A DNA stretch of 48,594 nucleotides from a virus. Lineage: Duplodnaviria; Caudoviricetes. The notes under the pieces were generated by a model. The model was given only the letters and a program-made list of their open reading frames with translations. It was not told the origin of the DNA and made no database searches. A program made the translations under genes and the position numbers. Below are positions 18,682 through 26,803 of this stretch, piece by piece (position 1 is the stretch's first letter; every line of letters begins with the position of its first letter). The stretch covers positions 1 to 48,594 of the IMG/VR virus record IMGVR_UViG_3300049859_000063. One strand, given 5' to 3'.

Positions 18682-19232
18682 TGTTTATCACATTCGAAGG
18701 TCCTGACGGAGTTGGTAAAACGACTTTAGCTACCATGCTAGCGCACACCATTGGAGCCATTCCAACGTCGGCGGCAAAAGGCACCGAGTTCGCAAAATCT
18801 ATCTATGACAAGTATATAGCCAAAAATGTTAGCCTCGATCCAATTGTTCAACAGCATTTGTTTCTGGCAATGCACCGCCAGCATCTCGTTGAAGTCGTTA
18901 AACCGGCAATCAGCAGGGGCGCTCACGTTGTTTGTGATCGATACCTAGATTCGTTTTTCGCCTATGGCACTATGGGAATCCACGGCTGGCAAGACCTATA
19001 TAGACCAATCGAGCCGGTAGAGCCTGACATCACATTTCTATTATGGCGCGAGAATGCGGAAGTCGATGCCACCAACGAAGATAAATTCGACGCAATGAGC
19101 AAAGCGGAGCGTGAGCGAATACATGGTAGATTCTTGATATTGCAGGATATTTTCCCTGACCGAATCAAGTTAATCAACACTGACCAATCTCCGGCCAACG
19201 CTATCGAAGATATTCTTGATTATTTGTCTTGA
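18681..19232 (+). CDS. tmk: Thymidylate (dTMP) kinase
   Basis: MFITFEGPDGVGKTT, VVCDRYLDS, PDITFLL; true start is ATG 18681. Confidence 0.92.
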   Translation: MFITFEGPDGVGKTTLATMLAHTIGAIPTSAAKGTEFAKSIYDKYIAKNVSLDPIVQQHLFLAMHRQHLVEVVKPAISRGAHVVCDRYLDSFFAYGTMGIHGWQDLYRPIEPVEPDITFLLWRENAEVDATNEDKFDAMSKAERERIHGRFLILQDIFPDRIKLINTDQSPANAIEDILDYLS

Positions 19233-19295
19233 CAATATGCAATTTTGCATATAAACTTTAGTCGTACTTTAAAAACAACTTCAGGAGATTACGTC
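19229..19295 (+). promoter_or_regulatory. Early promoter with palindromic operator and conserved leader
   Basis: TTGACA 19229-19234, ATATGCAA-TT-TTGCATAT 19235-19252, TAAACT 19252-19257, leader ...GTACTTTAAAAACAACTTCAGGAGATT. Confidence 0.82.
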
Positions 19296-19568
19296 ATGAG
19301 TGACTTGCAAAAACAATTAAACGACTTCGATAAAAGTTTCGACCCTTCTATTTTTGAACATTGTGTATCGCGCGGCATAATGTTACTACACATCCGCGCG
19401 GAGCAAATGGTCGATGAGGGTTTCACCTGGAACTTTCTAATATCTCGACACAGTATTGAGCGATATATTATCAATCGGCATAGCAATCAAACTATGATGG
19501 CAGCTGTAATCGAGTATGTTGAACACGCTGAGGCCTGTGTCGAATCGTTTAACGGAATAGGGGTGTGA
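19296..19568 (+). CDS. Hypothetical protein (paralog pair A1)
   Basis: Strong RBS; C-terminus ...GFTWNF.I.R...VEH...FNGIGV is similar to that of the next gene. Confidence 0.75.
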   Translation: MSDLQKQLNDFDKSFDPSIFEHCVSRGIMLLHIRAEQMVDEGFTWNFLISRHSIERYIINRHSNQTMMAAVIEYVEHAEACVESFNGIGV

Positions 19569-19570
19569 TT

Positions 19571-19825
19571 ATGGCGACTATTGGACAATATGACCCGAAT
19601 AATTTCAAACATGTTGTTGACTACGGGGTATTGCTACAGATGCATAGGCGACAGATACTTATAAATAGAGGTTTGAAATGGGATATTTCAATAAAAAGAT
19701 GGTTAGTGGAGCAGGCGGTTATTGATAATTATCCGTGTCGCTTAAAAACAATGACGGAATGCGTTGAATATTGCGCGAAAATCACCGAGCTTTATGTACT
19801 TAGGTTTAACGGAATTGAGGTGTGA
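19571..19825 (+). CDS. Hypothetical protein (paralog pair A2)
   Basis: ...GLKWDI.I.R...VEY...FNGIEV. Confidence 0.75.
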   Translation: MATIGQYDPNNFKHVVDYGVLLQMHRRQILINRGLKWDISIKRWLVEQAVIDNYPCRLKTMTECVEYCAKITELYVLRFNGIEV

Positions 19826-19830
19826 TTATC

Positions 19831-20076
19831 ATGCGTGAATTACTTAATAAATTAAACCTTTTAATATTCGGAAACAGAATCACTGTTATAAATGACAACG
19901 AAATAATAGTTTCGGCAGACACCTATGTGGCTATTGAATCTGAACATGCCGATTCATGCAAGGGTTGCGCTTTCAACGTAAAAGGGTCGATGAACTGCGT
20001 ACACTTGAAAGGAGACGCTCCTTGCGGTGACTGGGAACGAAATGATGGACTAAACGTAATATGGGTGAAGAAATGA
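19831..20076 (+). CDS. Small Cys-rich protein (paralog B1)
   Basis: CKGCAF...C...C...RNDG..VIWV. Confidence 0.78.
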   Translation: MRELLNKLNLLIFGNRITVINDNEIIVSADTYVAIESEHADSCKGCAFNVKGSMNCVHLKGDAPCGDWERNDGLNVIWVKK

Positions 20077-20255
20077 ACGAAAACGCATACATAAGCGATA
20101 GTGGTGAAACCTATATCACCGTCTATACTGATGATCCAGCAACTTGCGAGGGTTGCGCGTTTCGTGGTGAAACGTGGGGATTTTGTTGTGAAAACGCCCC
20201 TTGCACTGAAGACGCACGGGACGATAAATGTAATGTAATATGGGTGGCAAAATGA
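20073..20255 (+). CDS. Small Cys-rich protein (paralog B2)
   Basis: CEGCAF...CC...PC...RDD...VIWV; ATGA coupling. Confidence 0.78.
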   Translation: MNENAYISDSGETYITVYTDDPATCEGCAFRGETWGFCCENAPCTEDARDDKCNVIWVAK

Positions 20256-20488
20256 TTAAATTAATTAAGCAAGTATGGTCTTGGTTAGCGCCGGGCCGAA
20301 CTGTGATTAGAATCGACGAGAATTGCATATATGTCGATGGTGAGGAATTTATAGCAGTTGATTCTAACCGACCTTATGTCTGCAAAGGCTGCGCTTTCGA
20401 TAATATCGACGAGTATGCTTGTAATGTTGCGGGATGCGCCGCACGTTCAAGAGAAGACGGTCGCACTATCATATGGGTGGAGAAATGA
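20252..20488 (+). CDS. Small Cys-rich protein (paralog B3)
   Basis: CKGCAF...C...C...REDG..IIWV; ATGA coupling. Confidence 0.78.
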   Translation: MIKLIKQVWSWLAPGRTVIRIDENCIYVDGEEFIAVDSNRPYVCKGCAFDNIDEYACNVAGCAARSREDGRTIIWVEK

Positions 20489-20640
20489 TTAACACGTGTT
20501 ATTTTAAACACTCTGTGCGCACCGCTATCGAAGCGTATGCCACTGAAACGCAACAAACATTCGACGCTGTTCGTAACGCGGTGCAATCAGGTTGCCCGCT
20601 AACAACGAGTGCGATTAGACAATTAATGTACGGAGAATAA
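20485..20640 (+). CDS. Hypothetical protein (51 aa)
   Basis: ATGA coupling; fills the gap up to the GNAT gene. Confidence 0.6.
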   Translation: MINTCYFKHSVRTAIEAYATETQQTFDAVRNAVQSGCPLTTSAIRQLMYGE

Positions 20641-20642
20641 AC

Positions 20643-21122
20643 ATGGTCACAGTTAGAAGATTAAACGAGTCCGACTTATCGGCAGCCGTTGCTATTATAG
20701 ACACGTGCTGGCCTGACGGGGAGACTTCCAACGAAGCCGGACATGAGATCAAAGCGAGCTTTATGTTGCACCATCCAGGAGTTATTGCTCAAAAGTGGTG
20801 TGGTGCATTTGTCAATGGTGAATTGATTGGCGTGTCGGCTTGGTCACATTCAGGCTTTGCTTCGGATACTTATGCGTTGTGCTGGGCTGCGGTATTATCC
20901 GAATATCGACATCAGGGCATTAATACCATGATGCTGGATTATCGGCTAACAGAGATATATCGGTATCACGGCGAAACGCCGTACAACGTGATGGTCAATA
21001 CTTGGGATAATCAAATGTATCGGCTGAGAGGTTTTGTAAGCGCTATTCCCAACACGCTACCGTTGGCAGAAGGTAGATGTATTTTGTTGGCAACATTCGA
21101 TCCACCTGTAGATAATACTTGA
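20643..21122 (+). CDS. GNAT family acetyltransferase
   Basis: VRRLNESDL, AAVLSEYRHQGINTMM (motif A), MYRLRGF (motif B). Confidence 0.85.
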   Translation: MVTVRRLNESDLSAAVAIIDTCWPDGETSNEAGHEIKASFMLHHPGVIAQKWCGAFVNGELIGVSAWSHSGFASDTYALCWAAVLSEYRHQGINTMMLDYRLTEIYRYHGETPYNVMVNTWDNQMYRLRGFVSAIPNTLPLAEGRCILLATFDPPVDNT

Positions 21123-21186
21123 CAATGTGCAAATTTGCATATATTATTTAACTGTACTTTAAATCAACCCTTCAGAGGATATTATC
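21119..21186 (+). promoter_or_regulatory. Early promoter with palindromic operator and conserved leader
   Basis: TTGACA 21119-21124, ATGTGCAA-AT-TTGCATAT 21125-21142, TATTAT 21142-21147, leader ...GTACTTTAAATCAACCCTTCAGAGG. Confidence 0.82.
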
Positions 21187-21465
21187 ATGAAACTATTAAT
21201 TTTAATCGCGTTACTCATGTTCATTTGGTCTAGGCCTTCCAGCGCAGACACTGCCAGTGACTTAGAGTCTGTTAGCTTTGCATCGGCGCAGTGCAAGAGA
21301 GGTGACAGTCCGTCTTGTAGCGCATTTCCAACCTTACTTAGTATAGCTTGTTCGAACACGCCAAATGGCAAAGCGTGTGCATACATAGAACAGATGCGAG
21401 CAACAAAAACAGAGGATCAACTGTTTAACCTATGTCACACAGGCATCATCCAACTTTGCAACTAA
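21187..21465 (+). CDS. Secreted six-Cys protein
   Basis: Signal peptide; C..GD...C...P..L..AC.....AC..IEQ.......LC..G...LC pattern shared with the next gene. Confidence 0.75.
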   Translation: MKLLILIALLMFIWSRPSSADTASDLESVSFASAQCKRGDSPSCSAFPTLLSIACSNTPNGKACAYIEQMRATKTEDQLFNLCHTGIIQLCN

Positions 21466-21475
21466 GGGGAACGTC

Positions 21476-22054
21476 ATGAAAAAATTAGCACTTAGCGCAG
21501 CGATTTTGACTTTAACCGCATGTAGCGCAGCTGATATACAACACACATTAGATCGGGACTTGCACGCTTTCGATCTAAACAAGCTCACACGGAACCCAAG
21601 CGCAGATGCTTTTGCCGACATAGCGCGTAAAAAAGCGGAAGCAGAACGCATTGCCGCCGAGAAACAACTCGAATACGACAGGGCTGCGCCTGAACGGGCG
21701 GCTGCTGAGAAGCAACGTGAATACGAAGCGTCCCCTCAGTATCGAATCGATAAATTGAAATACTGGCATTCGCCAGCAGGCGCAGCCGAATATAAAGCGC
21801 GGTTGCGGGTTGAAGTTGGAAGCCTTGCTATGTATGACGATTATTGTGAAGCTGGCGACGCCAATGCTTGTCGTATGATACCGGGCCAATTAGAGAACGC
21901 TTGCTTTATCGATCACAAACCAGCTTGCCAGCGCATTGAACAGCTTAAGAAAGCTCCATTGGCAACCCGTCGATATTTATGCAGTCAGGGCATGGATTCA
22001 CTTTGTCTTGGTGCGAATAAGGATTATTACGAACTAACCAAGCGGAGATATTGA
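21476..22054 (+). CDS. Lipoprotein with coiled coil and six-Cys C-terminal domain
   Basis: Lipobox LTAC after MKKLALSAAILT; AAEKQ.EY repeats; Cys pattern as in 21187-21465. Confidence 0.78.
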   Translation: MKKLALSAAILTLTACSAADIQHTLDRDLHAFDLNKLTRNPSADAFADIARKKAEAERIAAEKQLEYDRAAPERAAAEKQREYEASPQYRIDKLKYWHSPAGAAEYKARLRVEVGSLAMYDDYCEAGDANACRMIPGQLENACFIDHKPACQRIEQLKKAPLATRRYLCSQGMDSLCLGANKDYYELTKRRY

Positions 22055-22057
22055 GCT

Positions 22058-22336
22058 ATGAAGCCAATAGGAATATCAGGGCACATTCGAGATGTATGTC
22101 CAATGTCACCCGATGAGCTTCGGCACAACTGGGCCAACGAACAAGAAGAGCGGTTATCATTTGTTGCCTTACAATCTGACTATAAGCCGTTTGATGAGCT
22201 CGAACCTAAATCAATTTTGCAGCAGTTAATATCAATGCAGGCAACGATTGATGAAATGAATCAGAACAGACTGACCCGCGCTAAACAAATATTTGAGGCC
22301 GAGCATGATTTCCGACAAGACACTGAAGATAATTAA
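22058..22336 (+). CDS. Hypothetical protein
   Basis: 92-aa ORF in the operon. Confidence 0.6.
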   Translation: MKPIGISGHIRDVCPMSPDELRHNWANEQEERLSFVALQSDYKPFDELEPKSILQQLISMQATIDEMNQNRLTRAKQIFEAEHDFRQDTEDN

Positions 22337-22484
22337 ATCCCGCAAGTCGTGGTCAACGTACGCCTTGCAACATAGATTGCGAGTGTCGAATGAATGGGCC
22401 GAAGCGATTAAAAACGAACTCATAGAGCTTAATATTCTCAAAGAGTCATCTAACTGGCGAGGGTATCACGATGTTAATTTGTGA
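22305..22484 (+). CDS. Stand-alone FtsK gamma-like winged-helix protein
   Basis: STYALQHRLRVSNEWAEAIKNELIELNIL resembles the FtsK-gamma pattern S.S.LQRRLRIGYNRAA.....LE..GI; GAGG RBS before ATG 22305. Confidence 0.6.
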   Translation: MISDKTLKIIKSRKSWSTYALQHRLRVSNEWAEAIKNELIELNILKESSNWRGYHDVNL

Positions 22485-24522
22485 GGAGTGCGGTCACGGA
22501 TACCCGGATAAGTCTGCCAATTGTACATGGTGTGGATCACCGTGCTTGTTCGCGCATACTCGCACGATTACAAGCATAGTCGATACTGAGTGTTACCCGA
22601 ATTACTGGTTGTGCGCCTTCAGCACAGGCGAACGGTTCCAGATGACACGGGACACCCCACTCGACATAGATGGGCTGCGGAAGGCACTGAGTCTATACAC
22701 AGTCGTGACGTTCAACGGTAATGGCTACGACATGCCGATTATCGCCTTGGCACTTGCCGGACATGGCACGGATGATTTGCACCGAGCCACCGAGATGATC
22801 ATTGTCGGCAAACAAACCGGCTGGCAGTTGCTTAAACAGCGTGGTTTAAAACCTTTGTATTGGATAGATCACATTGATATGATCAATGTTAGCCCTGGTC
22901 AAAGTTCGTTAAAAGCATATGGCGGCAAGATGCACACGCACGAGATTCGCGACTTGCCCTATACGCCCGGCGTGGAAGTCAACTGGTATCAAGTCGTTAA
23001 CCTGCGCGATTACTGTGATATTGACCTTAAGGTGACCGGCGAATTGCATGGTCGATTCACGTCTCAATTGAAGATGCGCGTCGAAATGGGCGAGGAATTA
23101 GGCATTGATCTACGCTCGAAAAGCGACCCTCAGATAGCCGAGGCTGTGGTCAAAGCCTCGTTGCCAATGTTGATTCCGATGCCGCCAGGAGGATGGTCGG
23201 TTAACCCAGGAGCGAAGTTTTATTATCAACCTCCTGACTGGCTGCGGTTTCAAAATTGGGACTTAGTCGAAATGGTTACATCGCAACCGTTCGAAATATC
23301 TGAATCCGGCGGTGTGTTGATGCCGCCGCATCTTGATGGGGTGCTGTTTCATGGCTATCAACTTGGCATTGGCGGGCTACACTCGACTGAGTCTTGTTGT
23401 TACCATCTTGCTGATGATAGCACACTGCTTATTGATTTTGACGTTGCTAGTTATTATCCGAGTCTTATATTGCGCACGAGCATATACCCGAAACAAATAG
23501 GCCCGGCGTTCAGCACATTGTATCAAGAATGGTTTGATAGCCGCTTAGCAGCCAAGCGAAAAGCTGCTGCGCTGACTAAAGAGATCAAAAGTGGATTGGT
23601 CGATCCCGACTTAATCGCTGAAAAAGAAAAAGAGCGGGATGAATATGCCAAAATTGCTGATTCAAAAAAATTATTGGTCAACGGATCATTCGGAAAATTA
23701 GGCAGCAAATACAGCATCTTCTATGCGCCGTCTGAGATGATTCAAGTCACTGTGACGGGGCAGCTGGCACTGTTGATGCTTATTGAAATGTTCGAGCTGT
23801 GCGGTATTAATGTCGTATCGGCCAACACTGACGGCGTCTTGATCAAGTGTAAGCGTAACATGGAAGCGCGGGCCAAGGAGATTGTCGCTTGGTGGGAGTC
23901 GGTCACCCAATTCAGCATGGAACGCACTGATTACAGCGCTGTATACAGTCGAGACGTCAATAGTTATGTTGCCGTATGCCTTGACGGTAAAGTTAAATGT
24001 AAGGGGGCTTTTGGCTCACCCAACCCTGGTGCAGGCGGATGGTCTAACCCAACCGGCCAAATCTGCGTAACTGCTATGATCGATTACCTAACTAAAGGCA
24101 TTCACCCAATGGAAACGATTCGAGGTTGCACGGACATCAAGCAGTTTGTGTATGTGTGCGCGGTGCGTGGAGGGGGCTCTTTATTAAACGGCAAACTGTT
24201 GCCGAAACACACTAGCCTCAAAAGAATGCGAGAGATCACAGGAATAGGTCTTGGAGTCGGTAAAACTGAGCTAATGGTTGCTTATGAAAAACTGCGTATA
24301 GAACAACAATCGACTAAGCGATACTTAGGTAAAGTGGTTCGTTGGTACTTCGCAAGCGGATCGACCAAATGCATTGTCTACAGCGTGTCAGGCAATAAAG
24401 TGCCGGGTGCTGTCGGTGTGGCCGAAATAATGACATTGCCTGACACGTTGCCGAACGACATTGATTACGACAAATATTACAGCAATACGATTAAGCTTCT
24501 AAACAGCGTGGGGATAAAATAA
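22471..24522 (+). CDS. DNA polymerase, family B-like, with 3'-5' exonuclease domain
   Basis: ExoI VDTECY, ExoII TFNGNGYD, ExoIII YCDID; motif A DFDVASYYPSL; motif B K...NGSFGK; motif C SANTDG; KCKG. N-terminal CEEC...CTWC. Confidence 0.9.
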   Translation: MLICEECGHGYPDKSANCTWCGSPCLFAHTRTITSIVDTECYPNYWLCAFSTGERFQMTRDTPLDIDGLRKALSLYTVVTFNGNGYDMPIIALALAGHGTDDLHRATEMIIVGKQTGWQLLKQRGLKPLYWIDHIDMINVSPGQSSLKAYGGKMHTHEIRDLPYTPGVEVNWYQVVNLRDYCDIDLKVTGELHGRFTSQLKMRVEMGEELGIDLRSKSDPQIAEAVVKASLPMLIPMPPGGWSVNPGAKFYYQPPDWLRFQNWDLVEMVTSQPFEISESGGVLMPPHLDGVLFHGYQLGIGGLHSTESCCYHLADDSTLLIDFDVASYYPSLILRTSIYPKQIGPAFSTLYQEWFDSRLAAKRKAAALTKEIKSGLVDPDLIAEKEKERDEYAKIADSKKLLVNGSFGKLGSKYSIFYAPSEMIQVTVTGQLALLMLIEMFELCGINVVSANTDGVLIKCKRNMEARAKEIVAWWESVTQFSMERTDYSAVYSRDVNSYVAVCLDGKVKCKGAFGSPNPGAGGWSNPTGQICVTAMIDYLTKGIHPMETIRGCTDIKQFVYVCAVRGGGSLLNGKLLPKHTSLKRMREITGIGLGVGKTELMVAYEKLRIEQQSTKRYLGKVVRWYFASGSTKCIVYSVSGNKVPGAVGVAEIMTLPDTLPNDIDYDKYYSNTIKLLNSVGIK

Positions 24523-24523
24523 G

Positions 24524-24588
24524 TTGACATTATGCAACTTTGCATATATCATTTAATCGTACCTTAAATTAACTTCAGGAGAAAAACG
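24524..24588 (+). promoter_or_regulatory. Early promoter with palindromic operator and conserved leader
   Basis: TTGACA 24524-24529, TTATGCAA-CT-TTGCATAT 24530-24547, TATCAT 24547-24552, leader ...GTACCTTAAATTAACTTCAGGAGA. Confidence 0.82.
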
Positions 24589-24948
24589 ATGTCAATTCCA
24601 AATTTTGAAAAAAACCTTGTCGATAATAGAATACATGCCATAGTTAGCGGGATGTGTAACCTATGGTTGCACAAGGTATTGAATAAAATAAATAATCCCG
24701 ACGACTTAGAGGATATGCTTGTGCAATGCAACTCAAGCGCTACATTGCACAATAGAGTGATAGATTATCTGATAATTAGAGAAATTGCTCGTTCAGACGG
24801 GTCGGTTACGAAAAATGATCTTGCTGAATATATCGAAATAGACGAAGAGTCTCTTGATATTAGGCTAAAGAGATTAGTGAAGTTATCTACTATCGTGACT
24901 AACGGCATAACATATGCTACCGATTTATCAGCACTCAAAGGAGAATAA
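24589..24948 (+). CDS. Winged-helix DNA-binding protein
   Basis: C-terminal VTKNDLAEYIEIDEESLDIRLKRLVKLSTI. Confidence 0.65.
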   Translation: MSIPNFEKNLVDNRIHAIVSGMCNLWLHKVLNKINNPDDLEDMLVQCNSSATLHNRVIDYLIIREIARSDGSVTKNDLAEYIEIDEESLDIRLKRLVKLSTIVTNGITYATDLSALKGE

Positions 24949-24952
24949 AACA

Positions 24953-25342
24953 ATGGAAGAATTCAAATCAATGCTAAGAAAATATCACCGTAAACCCGGT
25001 CCCAATGGCGCAATTGAACCTGTGCGGTGCATGATGCTAACCGAGCATGTCATGATGGCGGAGATGCCCGAAGGTATTCCTCATTGCCTTATTATAAAAC
25101 GGGCGGACAATACGTTTGTGATAACGACAGGCGTTCCGTTACCGGCATCGTGGCGGCATTCATTAAAACTGAGCCCTGATAAAGACCTTATCAAATCAAT
25201 TAGAAACAAGCATCAATTGACCCAGGCGAACGCGGCAGAACTTATATGCCGCACTAGGGAAGCATGGTCGCAGTGGGAACGTGGAACGGCTCGAATGTCA
25301 CCTAAACTGTGGGATATGTTCTTAGCCAAGGTCGGAGAATAA
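24953..25342 (+). CDS. XRE-family HTH protein
   Basis: IKSIRNKHQLTQANAAELICRTREAWSQWERG; start ATG 24953 after GGAG. Confidence 0.82.
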   Translation: MEEFKSMLRKYHRKPGPNGAIEPVRCMMLTEHVMMAEMPEGIPHCLIIKRADNTFVITTGVPLPASWRHSLKLSPDKDLIKSIRNKHQLTQANAAELICRTREAWSQWERGTARMSPKLWDMFLAKVGE

Positions 25343-25626
25343 TGAAAGTTTATTACCAATCGCCAATGGGCGACATCGAAGGGCTTCACGGTGGGTTGGT
25401 TGGAACACGACACCCAGAACTGACTGGCGACGTGTCTCTGTTATGGGGTAACATTACAGGTATTTACGGTGATGTTACCGGGCTACATGGCGACATTTCG
25501 CGGGTGTGGGGATGCTTGACGACATTCATCCGAAGTCACTTGCCAATGAATAATTTCACTGGATGTTGCCAACTTAAACCGGCCATTCTGCTTGGATTTT
25601 ATGGAACTAACGAGGATTTAAAATGA
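25342..25626 (+). CDS. Protein with 7-aa GD(V/I)xxLx repeats
   Basis: GDIEGLH, GDVSLLW, GNITGIY, GDVTGLH, GDISRVW. Confidence 0.65.
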   Translation: MKVYYQSPMGDIEGLHGGLVGTRHPELTGDVSLLWGNITGIYGDVTGLHGDISRVWGCLTTFIRSHLPMNNFTGCCQLKPAILLGFYGTNEDLK

Positions 25627-25964
25627 CCGACGTATTACTAAACGGCTGCATCGTGTCAGTCAAACAAAGCCTAAACAGGCTCTATTACACAGTTGGCGAC
25701 AGAGATGCAACTCATCACTTGCTGAAAATTGTCGCTATTGAGAAAACAGCCAACGGCATCGGCAGAATTGGCGTTACCGAGATCGATTCAGAGTTTGTAG
25801 TCGATAGCACGACGAAAGTCGGAGATTTCATCGACACTCGTACGGGCGACGTTGCGACTAGAATTACAGCTATCATGAAGATAGCCACTGTTGTTGAAAC
25901 CATAAATATAGCCGCTGCCGTGGGCAACATTATCGCAATGGCGTCATTGTTTGTATTTCGATAA
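25623..25964 (+). CDS. Hypothetical protein (paralog C1)
   Basis: FVVDSTTKVGDFIDTRTG motif. Confidence 0.75.
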   Translation: MTDVLLNGCIVSVKQSLNRLYYTVGDRDATHHLLKIVAIEKTANGIGRIGVTEIDSEFVVDSTTKVGDFIDTRTGDVATRITAIMKIATVVETINIAAAVGNIIAMASLFVFR

Positions 25965-25976
25965 GGAGTTAGGATT

Positions 25977-26288
25977 ATGTGTGTCGAAGTTATTACAAAC
26001 AACAAGCACGCCGGTACTATATTGGAATATTCAGATGGACTGTATTATAAGCCCGGCGCATCTGACATTATTCATAAATTGTTAGAAATTTCAAGAATCG
26101 ACGTGTCGAATGACGACTGGCGGTTAGTGGCGGTTACTTCGAACGGAGCCCGATTCGCAGTTGATGATACGGCTCGTGTTGGCGATTTCGTAAACACAGG
26201 CACGGGTCTAGTCGCCAGATTGACCCGTGCATTAATACAAGACACGTGCAACCCTACAACAATTAGATTGAGCGCATTGGAGCTATAA
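25977..26288 (+). CDS. Hypothetical protein (paralog C2)
   Basis: FAVDDTARVGDFVNTGTG motif. Confidence 0.75.
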   Translation: MCVEVITNNKHAGTILEYSDGLYYKPGASDIIHKLLEISRIDVSNDDWRLVAVTSNGARFAVDDTARVGDFVNTGTGLVARLTRALIQDTCNPTTIRLSALEL

Positions 26289-26290
26289 TT

Positions 26291-26605
26291 ATGGGTATGA
26301 GAGCATTAATGATAAGAAAATCGGTCCCGGTCTTGATGGGTCATTGCGATGATTTGCACTATGAGAACGATGGTATTACGCATTACTTGCGAAAAATCGA
26401 AGCCGTTTATGATTCACAAGACGGTAGCAGATTGATTGCACGAACCGAAGAAGGGTTTGAATTTATAGTAGTTGCTGGCACCAGGGTCGGCGATTTTATC
26501 AACACCGAAACAGGTAGCGCTGTTCGGGCAGTAACTGCGATTGTTGAGCTCACCGAGGATGATGAAGTAGACATTTTGATCGCAATGAAATGGAGCAAGT
26601 CATGA
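26291..26605 (+). CDS. Hypothetical protein (paralog C3)
   Basis: FIVVAGTRVGDFINTETG motif. Confidence 0.75.
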   Translation: MGMRALMIRKSVPVLMGHCDDLHYENDGITHYLRKIEAVYDSQDGSRLIARTEEGFEFIVVAGTRVGDFINTETGSAVRAVTAIVELTEDDEVDILIAMKWSKS

Positions 26606-26799
26606 GTGAGATGTGTCGCATTGAAGATATTAGCTATTCGAAAGCTGAAAGCAAACTTATTGCCCGTACTGAAAACAGCCTACGTTTTGAAGTCGATAAT
26701 CTAGCTGAGGTGGGCGATTATATTGATGCGCTTACCGGACACGTGTTTAGAATAGTAGCTAGTGTAATTAGACCCGGCAAGCATTTACTTGGAGAATAA
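26602..26799 (+). CDS. Hypothetical protein (paralog C4, N-terminally shorter)
   Basis: FEVDNLAEVGDYIDALTG motif; ATGA coupling. Confidence 0.7.
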   Translation: MSEMCRIEDISYSKAESKLIARTENSLRFEVDNLAEVGDYIDALTGHVFRIVASVIRPGKHLLGE

Positions 26800-26803
26800 A
26801 ACA

